A DNA stretch of 64,000 nucleotides from Flavobacteriales bacterium (GTDB lineage Bacteria; Bacteroidota; Bacteroidia; Flavobacteriales; UBA7312): assembly GCA_965661505.1 (NCBI GenBank), contig CBFIDX010000001.1, positions 41,384-105,383 on the forward strand, read 5' to 3'. Each line of letters opens with the position of its first letter. The first letter of the stretch is position 1. A program made the translations under genes and the position numbers. The notes under the pieces are model-generated. The model had not been told where the DNA came from. It worked only from the letters and a program-made list of their open reading frames with translations, and made no database searches. This document shows positions 1-10,021 of this stretch, in pieces.

Positions 1-113
1 AAAAGTGCTGAATATATGGATGCTCTATGAGGTGAGTGCTTATTAAGTTTTCGTTCCTGTGCCGCTAAGCTGAAAAAGCAAGTTAATAAAAGATATGTAC
101 AAAAAACTCTCAC
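1..113 (-). CDS. N-terminal fragment of a DUF5683-like protein (continues past the window start)
   Basis: GTG at 113..111 directly abuts the parB stop. Reverse-strand translation is MRVFCTYLLLTCFFSLAAQERKLNKHSPHRASIYSAL: a signal-like segment followed by an SPxxAxxYSAL motif, like the DUF5683 gene that follows parB in Flavobacteriia (from memory). Only 37 codons are visible. Confidence 0.35.
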   Translation of the reverse strand, partial: MRVFCTYLLLTCFFSLAAQERKLNKHSPHRASIYSAL

Positions 114-1010
114 CTATTTTTCAAAATGCCTAATAATTGTATGAAGTTCTTCTTCTGATTTAAAAAGAATTTCAATTTTCCCTTTGCCAGAATTAGCGAC
201 TTTTAATTTAACCTCTTTGCCTAAGCTATGACTCAAGTCGTTTGCTATTTTTTGGTGCGCAAAAGAGGGAAAGCTTTTTGTTCTTTTAATAGCGGTTTTT
301 TTGTAGCCACTTTTTCCAAACTCTTTTACAATTTGTTCTACATCTCTCACAGAAAACCCATTTGCAACGGTATCATGAAAAATATTCAGTTGAGTTTCTT
401 TATTTTCAACATTTATTAACGCTCGAGCATGACCCATACTTATTTTTTCCTCTTTGAGTCCAATTTGGATTTCTGCAGGAAGTTTAAGTAGTCTTAAGTA
501 GTTGCTTATCGATGACCTTTTTTTTCCCACTCGTCGGCTCATTTTTTCTTGGGTAAGTTTACACTCTTCCATTAATCGTTTGTAGCTGAGCGCAACTTCA
601 ATGGCATTTAAGTGTTCTCTTTGTATGTTTTCGACCAATGCCATTTCAAGCATTTCTTGGTCGTTAGCAATTCTAATGTAGGCTGGTACATGCTCTAATT
701 TAGCAAATTGCGATGCTCTAAACCTTCTTTCACCAGAAATAAGTTGGTATTTATCATAACCAAGTTTACGAACAGTTAAAGGTTGGATGATTCCTAATTG
801 TTGAATTGATGCTACTAACTCTTGAAGAGCTTCTGGTTTAAACTCAGTCCTTGGTTGAAAAGGGTTAACCTCAATTTGATTGATAGGAATATGATTAACT
901 GACCCTACAACATTACCTTGATCATTTGATTTATTAGTAGTAATGTCTGTTTCTGGATTTTTTAATAAGGCTGACAGGCCCCTGCCTAAAACTTTCTTTT
1001 TATCCGCCAT
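114..1010 (-). CDS. parB: Chromosome partitioning protein ParB
   Basis: 298 aa. GRGLSALL N-terminal box, ParB-box region LISGERRFRA and an HTH region. Lies 11 nt downstream of parA. Confidence 0.95.
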   Translation of the reverse strand: MADKKKVLGRGLSALLKNPETDITTNKSNDQGNVVGSVNHIPINQIEVNPFQPRTEFKPEALQELVASIQQLGIIQPLTVRKLGYDKYQLISGERRFRASQFAKLEHVPAYIRIANDQEMLEMALVENIQREHLNAIEVALSYKRLMEECKLTQEKMSRRVGKKRSSISNYLRLLKLPAEIQIGLKEEKISMGHARALINVENKETQLNIFHDTVANGFSVRDVEQIVKEFGKSGYKKTAIKRTKSFPSFAHQKIANDLSHSLGKEVKLKVANSGKGKIEILFKSEEELHTIIRHFEK

Positions 1011-1021
1011 TTGTTATATAT

Positions 1022-1807
1022 TTAGTTGATTGTCGCGGTTGTTTTATTTTTTTCTAACACCTCTCTGGCAAGGTTTAGATAGTTAATCGCTCCTTTACTA
1101 TTGGCATCGTGCATAATAATGGTTTCTCCAAAGCTAGGAGCTTCACCTAATCGTACATTTCGTTGTATAATGGTGTCAAAAACCATGTCTTGAAAGTGGG
1201 TTTTAACTTCTTCCACTACCTGATTTGATAAACGTAAACGTGTATCGTACATGGTGAGTAAAAGGCCTTCAATATCCAGCTTTTTATTGAGGCGGTTTTG
1301 TACAATTTTGATTGTATTTAATAGTTTTCCCAAGCCTTCTAAAGCGAAGTATTCGCACTGAATAGGTATGATTATTGAGTGTGCTGCAGTAAGCGCATTA
1401 GTAGTTACAATACCAAGTGAGGGTGCACAATCAATGATTATAAAATCATAGTCTTTACTTATCTTTTTTAAGACGGACTTCATGATATGCTCCCTATTGG
1501 GTTGGCTAATCAGTTCTAACTCAGCACCTACAAGATCTATATGTGCGGGTAATAAATCTAAGTTAGGACTTTTCGTTGTTAAAATCACCTCATTGGGATG
1601 GGTATCGTTAATCATGCATTCGTACAAGCCAGTGTTAATGTTTTTTGGGTTAAACCCAACGCCTGAAGTGGCATTTGCTTGAGGGTCAGCATCTACCAGT
1701 AGTACTTTCATTTCTAGCACTCCTAGGCATGCTGCCAGATTCATGGCAGTGGTTGTTTTTCCTACCCCACCTTTTTGATTTGCTATGCAGATAATTTTTT
1801 CCTTCAT
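1022..1807 (-). CDS. parA: ParA/Soj family chromosome partitioning ATPase
   Basis: 261 aa. Deviant Walker A KGGVGKTTT, Walker B IIIDCAPS, paired with parB. Confidence 0.95.
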   Translation of the reverse strand: MKEKIICIANQKGGVGKTTTAMNLAACLGVLEMKVLLVDADPQANATSGVGFNPKNINTGLYECMINDTHPNEVILTTKSPNLDLLPAHIDLVGAELELISQPNREHIMKSVLKKISKDYDFIIIDCAPSLGIVTTNALTAAHSIIIPIQCEYFALEGLGKLLNTIKIVQNRLNKKLDIEGLLLTMYDTRLRLSNQVVEEVKTHFQDMVFDTIIQRNVRLGEAPSFGETIIMHDANSKGAINYLNLAREVLEKNKTTATIN

Positions 1808-2051
1808 CAGATTATTAATATGTTACACATTTGATATGGTTTGTATTTTTGTCAAATCAGATGTGATTATTGGCTCAAACAAAAGAGCCCTCTATTGGTT
1901 TTTAAAACAATAAAGAGATAACGATAAAAGCTTGTTCATTATTTCTATTTTTGCTGCTTAAAAGTAAGTGATTTGACTTGCTTGGCTATTAGCTGTATGA
2001 TGCTTTTTATTAACAGATTTTAGCAATTGTTAATTAACTATTATTTTTCGT

Positions 2052-2495
2052 ATGCTTTTATTTAAAATTTCTTCATTTGCTAATGGCCCAATGGTTTTAG
2101 GAATTGATTCATTTACTCTTATGCAAGTATTGTCGGTGTTGTTCATTGCAATCCTTTTTACACAATCAGGTTTTGATAAACTGCTTAACTGGAAAGCAAA
2201 CTTAGAATGGTTGAAGGAGCATTTTTCAGCTACTTTTTTTAAAAATTGGGTTTCTTCATTATTGCTTATTTTAACGATAATAGAAATAGCTTCAGGTGTA
2301 TTATCTTTAGTAGGTGTTGTTAGTATTTTAACTGGAAACGGTTTATACATTGCTTACCTAGGGGTTGTGTTGTCTGCAATATCAATCCTATTTTTGTTTT
2401 TTGGACAAAGAATGGCCAAAGATTATGCCGGAGCTGGATCGTTAGTTCCTTATTTCATCCTGATAATCGGTACAATGTTTTTATTGTATCAATAA
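2052..2495 (+). CDS. DoxX-family small membrane protein
   Basis: 147 aa with four hydrophobic segments. The SGFDKLLNW segment is DoxX-like. Exact start is uncertain because there are several in-frame Met codons. Confidence 0.55.
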   Translation: MLLFKISSFANGPMVLGIDSFTLMQVLSVLFIAILFTQSGFDKLLNWKANLEWLKEHFSATFFKNWVSSLLLILTIIEIASGVLSLVGVVSILTGNGLYIAYLGVVLSAISILFLFFGQRMAKDYAGAGSLVPYFILIIGTMFLLYQ

Positions 2496-2638
2496 GAGAA
2501 AGTTAATAATAAATGCAATTCTAAAAACTAAAGGCTATTCCTTCATTGATAAAGCATAGATGAAAGTGCCCTAACTCAAAATGCGTTGAATAGAAAAGTA
2601 GGGCTTAAGATTCTTTGCTAAACATTAAAGGCAGATGA

Positions 2639-2986
2639 CTATATATCCTCAAAATTTACGTCAGTAAATTCGTCATTACTGTTTTCTTCCTTTTTTTGAT
2701 TATTATTTTCAACTCTTTTTTCTGGCACATATGCTCCTTTTTCTTTTTCAATAAAAGTAAGTGCTTCACCAAAAGCGTTTTTAAATTTTTCAAAATCTTC
2801 TTTGTACAAAAATATTTTGTGTTTTTTAAAGTGAGAACTACCGTCTTCATTAAAAAACTTTTTACTTTCTGTAATGGTTAGGTAATAATCATCAGCTCGA
2901 GTAGCACGTACATCGAAAAAGTAAGTTCTTTTACCTGCTCTCACTACTTGCGAGTAGATTTCTTCTTGTGCTTTTTTGTCTTCCAT
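2639..2986 (-). CDS. PUR-alpha-like DNA/RNA-binding protein (DUF3276 family)
   Basis: 115 aa. RAGKRTYFFDVRATRADDYYLTITESKK core and FLYKEDFEKF segment typical of bacterial PUR repeat proteins, with an acidic tail. Confidence 0.7.
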   Translation of the reverse strand: MEDKKAQEEIYSQVVRAGKRTYFFDVRATRADDYYLTITESKKFFNEDGSSHFKKHKIFLYKEDFEKFKNAFGEALTFIEKEKGAYVPEKRVENNNQKKEENSNDEFTDVNFEDI

Positions 2987-3031
2987 ATTAAGAGTTTACT
3001 ATTGTTGTCATCAAATCTAAAAATAATTTGT

Positions 3032-4804
3032 TTACAAAATGACATTCTCGTCTGTAAGTTGTTTTTGATACATTTTTGAGTAGACCCCATTTTTTTGAAT
3101 CAACTCTTCATGTGTTCCTTTCTCACAAATGCTTCCATCTTCCAGCACAATAATTTGATCAACGTGTTTTATAGAAGATATTCGATGACTAATGATGACC
3201 TGAGTACATGAGTCTTTGAAAGTTTTCAAATGGTTTAAAATATGATCTTCTGTTTCTGTGTCAACAGCTGATAGGCAGTCGTCAAAAATAAGAATTCGTG
3301 GATTCCGAATAAATGCTCTTGCAATTGAAATTCGTTGTTTTTGACCTCCTGAAAGTGTAACGCCTCTTTCTCCAACTTTTGTTAAGTATTTTTCTTTAAA
3401 GTCAATGATGTTTTCATGGATAGCAGCCATTTCTGCAGCCATTTCTACCTGTTGTTGGCTTGCGTTTTTCTCTGATCCAAAAGCAATATTATTATAAATA
3501 CTATCGGAAAATAGTAAGGCTTCTTGGGTTACATATCCGATGCTTTTTCGAAGGTCATATAAATTCATTTTTTTTATTTCTTGCTTATCAATAGAAATAA
3601 GCCCTTTATCGACATCATATAATCGGCAGATTAATTGAGCAATAGTCGATTTTCCAGCGCCTGTTTTACCGATTATTGCAAGAGAACTTCCAATGGGTAC
3701 TTGAAAAGAAATGCTATTTAACGCTTTTATGCCAGTATCTGGGTAGGTGAAAGAAACATTATCGAAATGTATTGCGCCTAGTACGTTTGATTTTTCAACT
3801 GTATGATTATCGATGTTGGGTTTAGTTTTAAGAAATTCGTTGAGACGCTTTTGAGAGGCAGCAGCACGTTGTATAATAGAAGTAACCCATCCAATGGAGG
3901 CCATGGGCCAGGTAAGCATATTGACGTAAATAATAAATTCTGCAATATTGCCACTAGTTATGTTACCAGCAGCAACTTCTTTACCCCCTATGTATATTGT
4001 CAGTAATGTGCTCAGTCCAATGAGTAATAGCATAAAAGGAAAAAATAGCGCATTGGTTTTTGACAATGAAACATTACGCTTAAAATAGTCGCTGGCTTCT
4101 TTTTCAAAACGACCACTTATATTTTTTTCATTTACGAATGATTTTATGACACGAATTCCTGAGAAAGTTTCTTGTGAAAAGGTCGAAATTTTTGACAACT
4201 GCTTTTGCACCTTTTCACTTTTCTGATGGATTACCTTGCTAATAAAAAAAATACTTAGTGACATTATCGGTAATGGAGCTAAAACATATAATGTGAGTGT
4301 GACACTTATGTCAAACATTGTATAAACAACCAATCCAAACAATGAAATCATGTTGATAGGATACATGGTTGCAGGTCCAAGAAACATACGTACACGACTA
4401 ACGTCTTCACTCATGCGGGCCATTAAATCGCCAGTATTGTTCCTTTTATAAAATGCGACATCTAGTTTTTGGTAGTGATGATAGATTTCATTTTTTAAGT
4501 CAAACTCAATTAGTCTGGACATGACAATAATGGTTTGTCGCATAAAAAACATGAAAACCCCTTTTAAAAGGGCAAAAGAAATAATCAGTAAACCAAAATA
4601 AAGCAGTGGCTCGGTAAGTTCAGATGCATTTTTTTCTAAAGAGTTTGAGGCATCTAAAACTTCCTTTACACTATCAAATGCTTTTCTCACATATTGCGCA
4701 GGATATAATGCAAATACATTTGATATGACTACAAAAAATACACCTGATAAAAATCGTAAACGATATTTGAAAAAGTATTTTTTTAAATAGGATAATTCTT
4801 TCAT
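3032..4804 (-). CDS. ABC transporter, fused permease/ATP-binding exporter (MsbA-like)
   Basis: 590 aa. Six-TM exporter domain, Walker A GKTGAGKST, signature LSGGQKQR, Walker B ILIFDD. Confidence 0.9.
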   Translation of the reverse strand: MKELSYLKKYFFKYRLRFLSGVFFVVISNVFALYPAQYVRKAFDSVKEVLDASNSLEKNASELTEPLLYFGLLIISFALLKGVFMFFMRQTIIVMSRLIEFDLKNEIYHHYQKLDVAFYKRNNTGDLMARMSEDVSRVRMFLGPATMYPINMISLFGLVVYTMFDISVTLTLYVLAPLPIMSLSIFFISKVIHQKSEKVQKQLSKISTFSQETFSGIRVIKSFVNEKNISGRFEKEASDYFKRNVSLSKTNALFFPFMLLLIGLSTLLTIYIGGKEVAAGNITSGNIAEFIIYVNMLTWPMASIGWVTSIIQRAAASQKRLNEFLKTKPNIDNHTVEKSNVLGAIHFDNVSFTYPDTGIKALNSISFQVPIGSSLAIIGKTGAGKSTIAQLICRLYDVDKGLISIDKQEIKKMNLYDLRKSIGYVTQEALLFSDSIYNNIAFGSEKNASQQQVEMAAEMAAIHENIIDFKEKYLTKVGERGVTLSGGQKQRISIARAFIRNPRILIFDDCLSAVDTETEDHILNHLKTFKDSCTQVIISHRISSIKHVDQIIVLEDGSICEKGTHEELIQKNGVYSKMYQKQLTDENVIL

Positions 4805-4846
4805 TTTACGATTCTGTAATCATTTGGGGATCTCAGAAATTTAAAC

Positions 4847-4854
4847 TATTTTTG
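4847..4854 (+). promoter_or_regulatory. Candidate -7 box (TATTTTTG) with upstream TTTG (4823..4826) for the leucine dehydrogenase gene
   Basis: Exact TAnnTTTG match, with TTTG 20 nt upstream. 87 nt before ATG 4942. Confidence 0.4.
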
Positions 4855-4941
4855 CACTCCAAAATTTGCCCCAAGCAAATTATTAGCTAGAGAACAAAGT
4901 TAAGTAAACTATTCTCTGAAATAACTAAAATTCTTTCAAAG

Positions 4942-6030
4942 ATGATTGAAGTGAAAAACCCGCATAAAGTACTCGGTACAAATCCGGTTTTAAACAAAAT
5001 GTCTGAAATGGGACACGAGCAAGTGTTATTTTGTCAAGACAATCAAACTGGTTTAAAAGCAATCATCGCCATCCATAATACAACATTAGGGCCCGCTCTT
5101 GGTGGTACAAGAATGTGGAATTATGAAAATGAATCCGATGCTTTAAAAGATGTTTTACGACTTTCTAGAGGGATGACTTACAAAGCTGCCGTAACTGGTC
5201 TTTCTCTTGGAGGAGGTAAGGCCGTAATTATTGGTGATGCTACAACAGAAAAGACAGAAGCATTAATGCGTAAGTTTGGTAAATTTGTTGACTCTCTCTC
5301 AGGTAAATACATAACCGCAGAGGATGTTGGTATGAGCACAAAAGACATGATGTATGTGAAGATGGAAACAAACCATGTTACTGGAATTCCTGTAGAAATG
5401 GGGGGTAGTGGAGATCCTTCACCAGTTACAGCTTATGGTGTGTTTATGGGTATTAAAGCTTCTGCAAAATTTAAGTGGGGTAGTGACGATTTAAAAGATA
5501 AAAGGGTTGTGGTTCAAGGGATTGGTCATGTTGGAGAAAATTTAGTAAAACATTTAGTGGATGATGGTGCTTTAGTTGTAATCAATGATATCAACGAGTT
5601 ACGTCTGAAAGAGGTTGCAGAATTATATAATTGTGAAACAATTTTTGGAGATGAATTATACGATCTAGAAATGGACATCTATGCTCCTTGTGCATTGGGC
5701 GCTACTATAAATGATGACACTATAGGTCGATTAAAGTGTGCAATCATTGCTGGAGCTGCAAACAACCAATTAGAAGACGAGGAAGTACACGGAGAATTAG
5801 TAAAAGATAAAGGAATTGTTTATGCACCAGATTTTCTAATTAATGCCGGAGGTCTGATCAACGTGTATTCTGAGCTTCATGGTTTTGACAGGGAGCAATC
5901 ATTAGAAAAGACCCGTAAAATTTACGATACCACTTTAGAGATTTTGGTGAAAGCTGAAAAAGAAAATATAACAACACATCAAGCGGCACTTAGGCTAGCT
6001 GAATTGCGTATAGCTGAAGCACAGGCTTAA
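4942..6030 (+). CDS. Leucine (Leu/Phe/Val) dehydrogenase
   Basis: 362 aa. Glu/Leu/Phe/Val dehydrogenase fold, catalytic-lysine motif LGGGKAVI, Rossmann motif VQGIGHVG. Confidence 0.85.
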   Translation: MIEVKNPHKVLGTNPVLNKMSEMGHEQVLFCQDNQTGLKAIIAIHNTTLGPALGGTRMWNYENESDALKDVLRLSRGMTYKAAVTGLSLGGGKAVIIGDATTEKTEALMRKFGKFVDSLSGKYITAEDVGMSTKDMMYVKMETNHVTGIPVEMGGSGDPSPVTAYGVFMGIKASAKFKWGSDDLKDKRVVVQGIGHVGENLVKHLVDDGALVVINDINELRLKEVAELYNCETIFGDELYDLEMDIYAPCALGATINDDTIGRLKCAIIAGAANNQLEDEEVHGELVKDKGIVYAPDFLINAGGLINVYSELHGFDREQSLEKTRKIYDTTLEILVKAEKENITTHQAALRLAELRIAEAQA

Positions 6031-6067
6031 AATTTAAAATAGAATTAGAATAGGCTTAGGCATATTC

Positions 6068-6075
6068 TAAATTTG
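6068..6075 (+). promoter_or_regulatory. Candidate -7 box (TAAATTTG) for nusB
   Basis: Exact TAnnTTTG match 16 nt upstream of ATG 6092. Confidence 0.45.
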
Positions 6076-6091
6076 TAATTTCGTTCTTAAT

Positions 6092-7027
6092 ATGTTAAAC
6101 AGAAGACATCTGCGTATTCGTGTTTTACAAGCGCTTTATGCTTGGAAGAAAACTCCAGAAAGAGATTTAGCGAAAGCTGAAAAAATATTTATGAAGTCGC
6201 TTCAAGAAGTAGAGGAGTTGTATATATTTCTATTGCTATACTTGATAGAAATAAAAGATTATGCCGCTAATCTTATTGAGGAATCAAAAAATAAGAAACT
6301 ACTTACTGAAGAGGATGTAAATCCAAACACTAAATTTATTGACAACCAATTTCTAAATGCCTTAAAGGATAACACTCCGTTATTGGCTTTAGCAGGTGCA
6401 TTTAAATTGTCTTTTTCTGGTGAGAAAGAAATGATGAAAAACATCTATTTCAATCTTAAAAAAACAGAAGAGTTTCAAGAATATATGCATTCAGTCGAGG
6501 AAGGATTCGATTTTGACAAGAAATTTATCACTAAAATTTTCAGTAAGTTCTTATTAGAAGATGAGCACTTTCAGCATTTGTTAGCTGAGAAAAACATTCA
6601 TTGGGATGACGACTTACCTTTTATCAGTAGCATGGTTCTAAAAACGATTAAAGATGGAAGTGAAGAAAATATAGAATTAATGCCTCTTTTTAAGGATGAT
6701 GAAGATCAACAGTTTTCTAAAGATTTATTTTGTAAAACAACCATTCATGCAGATCGTTTTACTGAATTGATATCATCCAAAACAAATAATTGGGAGATTG
6801 AAAGAATTGCTCAAGTAGACCTACTTTTGATGCAAATGTCGTTAACAGAAATACTTGAATTACCGACAGTACCTGTAAAAGTAGCTATGAATGAGTACAT
6901 CGATATGGCTAAGTATTACAGCACACCAAAAAGTAAGAGCTTTATAAATGGAATATTAGATAGTTTACTGCTTGACTTTAAAAAGGAAGGACTTATAAAG
7001 AAAAAAGGCAGAGGTCTTATTGAATAA
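6092..7027 (+). CDS. nusB: Transcription antitermination factor NusB (long Bacteroidota form)
   Basis: 311 aa. N-terminus RRHLRIRVLQALYA. C-terminal NusB fold segments ERIAQVDLLLM, NEYIDMAKYYS and FINGILD. Confidence 0.8.
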   Translation: MLNRRHLRIRVLQALYAWKKTPERDLAKAEKIFMKSLQEVEELYIFLLLYLIEIKDYAANLIEESKNKKLLTEEDVNPNTKFIDNQFLNALKDNTPLLALAGAFKLSFSGEKEMMKNIYFNLKKTEEFQEYMHSVEEGFDFDKKFITKIFSKFLLEDEHFQHLLAEKNIHWDDDLPFISSMVLKTIKDGSEENIELMPLFKDDEDQQFSKDLFCKTTIHADRFTELISSKTNNWEIERIAQVDLLLMQMSLTEILELPTVPVKVAMNEYIDMAKYYSTPKSKSFINGILDSLLLDFKKEGLIKKKGRGLIE

Positions 7028-7030
7028 TTT

Positions 7031-7038
7031 TATATTTG
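7031..7038 (+). promoter_or_regulatory. Candidate -7 box (TATATTTG) for the DUF1573-yajC unit
   Basis: Exact TAnnTTTG match 17 nt upstream of ATG 7056. Confidence 0.45.
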
Positions 7039-7055
7039 TCTAAATTCTCTATACT

Positions 7056-7517
7056 ATGAAATATACATTAACCATGCTTTTATCGCTTGCGTTGTTTTCT
7101 GCGTGTAACGATATGGCAAAACAAGTAGATGACCGAAAGAAAATATCAACTGATCTAGTAAAGAATAACAAAACACTAAATGCTAATACGGAAACCATTG
7201 GCATGCCAATTATCAGTTTTGAAAAGGAAGAACATGATTTTGGAACCCTCATAGATGGAGAGAAAGTAACTTATTCTTTCCGTTTTCAAAATACAGGCGA
7301 TGCTCCTTTAATCATTTCAGAAGCCAAAGGAAGTTGTGGATGTACCGTGCCTAACTATCCCAAAAAACCAATAAAGGCTGGAGAAGAAGCTTCTATTGAT
7401 GTGACTTTTGATAGTAAAGGAAGAACCGGCAAACAAACGAAAGCTGTTACGATTATAGCAAATACAAATCCCAACAGAAAAGTAATTCGTATTAACTCAG
7501 AAGTAATCTCAGAATAA
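7056..7517 (+). CDS. DUF1573 domain lipoprotein
   Basis: 153 aa. Lipoprotein signal ending LFSAC, and the GSCGCT motif typical of DUF1573. Confidence 0.75.
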   Translation: MKYTLTMLLSLALFSACNDMAKQVDDRKKISTDLVKNNKTLNANTETIGMPIISFEKEEHDFGTLIDGEKVTYSFRFQNTGDAPLIISEAKGSCGCTVPNYPKKPIKAGEEASIDVTFDSKGRTGKQTKAVTIIANTNPNRKVIRINSEVISE

Positions 7518-7816
7518 TGCATATTTTATTACAAGCACAAAGTGGAAATCCACTTATTTTCTTTGTCCTAATTTTTGGTGTTTTTTGGTTTTTCATGATT
7601 CGTCCACAAGTGAAAAAACAAAAAGATGAACGAAAATTTAGGCAGAACATCAAAAAAGGCGACAAAGTTGTCACAAGTGGTGGAATCCATGCAAAAGTTA
7701 CAAGCGTTAGTGAATCGACCGTTTTAGTAGATGCTGGAGAAGGTGTTAAGCTTAAAATTGATAAAAGCGCCCTTTCTTTAGAACTCTCTCCTAAGAAAGA
7801 GCAAACAGATAAATAA
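7517..7816 (+). CDS. yajC: Preprotein translocase subunit YajC
   Basis: 99 aa. Single TM segment followed by KKGDKVVTSGGIHAKV. The start overlaps the upstream stop (TAATG). Confidence 0.85.
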   Translation: MHILLQAQSGNPLIFFVLIFGVFWFFMIRPQVKKQKDERKFRQNIKKGDKVVTSGGIHAKVTSVSESTVLVDAGEGVKLKIDKSALSLELSPKKEQTDK

Positions 7817-7819
7817 GCC

Positions 7820-7844
7820 AATCGGTTTTGCGACCGATTTTTTT
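7820..7844 (+). terminator. Rho-independent terminator after yajC
   Basis: aatcggt-tttgcg-accgatt followed by a T-run. Confidence 0.65.
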
Positions 7845-7847
7845 GTA

Positions 7848-8831
7848 ATGTCGGATCAATTAAAAGAATTATTTTTTCAACTGATTGCGTTGTTGAGGAT
7901 AGAGCGTTCTCAACTTCCTATTTTCTTTTTTTTAATTGTTTTATCATCTGTTTTTTGGATACTAACGGTTTTATCAAAAGATTATACCTCTACCATTACT
8001 ACGCCTGTTGTTTTTTATAACTTGCCAGACGACAAGTTATTGATCGAGTCTAAAGAGGTAACTCTTCAAATGCAGGTAAAAGCTCCAGGTTTTTCGTTAT
8101 TGGCTCATCAGTTTAAGTTTTTTAGAAAAGTTCCTTTAAATGTTTCCAATTTCATGATGAAACGAAAAAGAGATAATTGGGAGTTTTCTTGGATAGGAGC
8201 TCAGTCATTAGCCGAAGTGCAAGAAGCATTACCTAACAAAATGCAACTTTTACATGTTCAGCCAAATCGAATAAACTTATTTTTTGGTGAAAAATCACAA
8301 AAATCGGTTCCTATTTCTTTAAAATCAGAAATGAGTTTTAAGGATTTGTTTCGTTTAAAAGGAGAAGTGCAGTTAACCCCTAACAACTTAACTATTTCTG
8401 GTCCAAAAAGCGTTGTAGATGCAATTGAATCCATCTCTACTGAGGAGCTAAAATTACAGAATATTACAACATCACAAAAAGGAAAGCTTGCCATAAGTAA
8501 CCCCAGTCATAAAGAGCTAACCTATAGCCATAATGAAATAGAATATAACCTAAGTGTGGAGCAATTTACTGAAGGAAAACTGCAGATTCCAATTCGGATA
8601 AAAGACGTTCCAAGTGATTATGACATAAAGCTGTTTCCTAAGAATGTTTCAGTTCATTATGTTGTTTCGCTGGATAATTTTGATTTAGTGACAAAAGAGC
8701 TATTTAAATGTGAGGTGACGTATGATTCCGCCAAAAAAAGGCTGCCTGTAAAACTTCTTAAAAGCCCAGCTTTAGCCGAAAACATTCGTTTAAGCCCAGA
8801 CAAAGTGGAGTATATCTTAATAAAGAAGTGA
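7848..8831 (+). CDS. YbbR-like domain protein
   Basis: 327 aa. N-terminal TM segment and repeated beta-rich modules. Position between yajC and coaE matches Flavobacteriia synteny as I recall it. Confidence 0.5.
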   Translation: MSDQLKELFFQLIALLRIERSQLPIFFFLIVLSSVFWILTVLSKDYTSTITTPVVFYNLPDDKLLIESKEVTLQMQVKAPGFSLLAHQFKFFRKVPLNVSNFMMKRKRDNWEFSWIGAQSLAEVQEALPNKMQLLHVQPNRINLFFGEKSQKSVPISLKSEMSFKDLFRLKGEVQLTPNNLTISGPKSVVDAIESISTEELKLQNITTSQKGKLAISNPSHKELTYSHNEIEYNLSVEQFTEGKLQIPIRIKDVPSDYDIKLFPKNVSVHYVVSLDNFDLVTKELFKCEVTYDSAKKRLPVKLLKSPALAENIRLSPDKVEYILIKK

Positions 8832-9418
8832 TGTTAAAAATAGGACTTACAGGTGGGATTGGTAGCGGAAAAACAACGGTTGCTCAGGTTTTTGAAAAGC
8901 TTGGAGTGCCTGTTTTTTATTCGGACCAAGAAGCGAAAAAATGTATGCAATTCAACGTAGCACTAAAAGAAAAAATACAATCTGTTTTTGGTAAGCATTT
9001 ATATGAGGAGGGCGTTTTTCAAAAAGAACAATTAGCTAGTATCGTTTTTAACGATGTTGAAGCCTTACAAATGCTTAATAATCTAGTTCATCCAGTAGTA
9101 AAGAAGGTATTTGAAAACTGGTGTTTAGATCAGGATTTTTTTTATGTTATCAAGGAAGCTGCCATTCTTTTCGAGACTAATTCGCATAAAGGATTAAAGC
9201 ATGTTATATGTGTTTCTGCTCCCGATGAGTTGCGACTGATTAGAGTAATGAAAAGAGATGGTGTTTCAGAGTCGCAAGTCCGTGCTCGAATGTCAAAACA
9301 ATGGCAGCAAAGTAAAAAGACCGCTCTAGCAGATTTTCAACTCAATAATAATGAAGAGCGACTACTGGTTCCACAAATCCTTGCAATACATCAGCAACTT
9401 TTAAATGATGCCATCTAA
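8828..9418 (+). CDS. coaE: Dephospho-CoA kinase
   Basis: 196 aa. P-loop GLTGGIGSGKTT. 4-nt overlap with the upstream gene. Confidence 0.9.
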   Translation: MMLKIGLTGGIGSGKTTVAQVFEKLGVPVFYSDQEAKKCMQFNVALKEKIQSVFGKHLYEEGVFQKEQLASIVFNDVEALQMLNNLVHPVVKKVFENWCLDQDFFYVIKEAAILFETNSHKGLKHVICVSAPDELRLIRVMKRDGVSESQVRARMSKQWQQSKKTALADFQLNNNEERLLVPQILAIHQQLLNDAI

Positions 9419-10021
9419 GTTGCCAAGCCCTTGTCGAGTAACCTCCATTTCTTCTTTAGAACAATCTAGAACAGTAGAGGGTATCAAGCTACCATAACCC
9501 CCGTCAATTACAATGTCAACTTGATTTTTATACTTTTCGTAAATGAGCTCTGGGTCAGTACTGTATTCAACGATGCTATCATCATCATGTACAGAGGTTG
9601 TTAATATAGGGTTTCCTAAGGTCTTAACTATTTGTTGAGGTATGTTGTGGTCAGGAACACGAATACCCACTGTTTTTTTATTGTTTTTAAAAAGTTTTGG
9701 AATCGTATTATTAGCGTTTAATATGAAAGTAAACCCGCCAGGCAATGCTTTTTTCATCAACCTATATGTTTTTCTATCTACTGGCTTTGTAAAATCAGAA
9801 AGATGACTTAAATCTGAACAGATAAAGGAGAAGTTGTGTTTTTTAACACTAACATCTTTGATGCGTGCAATTTTTTCAACAGCTTTCTGCTTGAAAATAT
9901 CACAACCTATTCCATATACCGTATCCGTAGGATAAATAATGACACCACCATCTTTCAAGCATTCAACAACCTTTTGAATGTGTTTTTCTTGAGGATTACT
10001 TGGGTAAATTTTCAATAACAT
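9401..10021 (-). CDS. tsaC: L-threonylcarbamoyladenylate synthase (YrdC/TsaC family)
   Basis: 206 aa. YrdC domain with PTDTVYGIGCD and GIRVPDH segments. Confidence 0.85.
   Translation of the reverse strand: MLLKIYPSNPQEKHIQKVVECLKDGGVIIYPTDTVYGIGCDIFKQKAVEKIARIKDVSVKKHNFSFICSDLSHLSDFTKPVDRKTYRLMKKALPGGFTFILNANNTIPKLFKNNKKTVGIRVPDHNIPQQIVKTLGNPILTTSVHDDDSIVEYSTDPELIYEKYKNQVDIVIDGGYGSLIPSTVLDCSKEEMEVTRQGLGNLDGII

Noticed and set aside
1808-2051. The 244-bp parA/doxX divergent intergenic region as a possible oriC or parS site
   Set aside because: I found no TTATCCACA-type DnaA boxes and no match to the TGTTTCACGTGAAACA parS consensus by eye. The region is only generic AT-rich sequence with TAnnTTTG-like boxes.
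4860-4925. Small hairpins in the 137-nt leader of the leucine dehydrogenase gene (aatttgc-cccaa-gcaaatt; agagaa...ttctct) as a possible riboswitch or attenuator
   Set aside because: They are too short and simple to match any riboswitch class I know. There is no leader peptide or terminator/antiterminator alternative that I can see, so I left this as unexplained leader structure.
7492-7821. A 109-aa minus-strand ORF, plus many other 60-136-aa ORF-track entries antisense to long genes (for example 228..419, 1482..1682, 2030..2350, 15642..16052, 31124..31462, 52674..52907, 55369..55731)
   Set aside because: They lie entirely within, and antisense or out of frame to, well-supported conserved genes. 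They have low-complexity or biased composition typical of shadow ORFs in AT-rich DNA, and no recognisable motifs.
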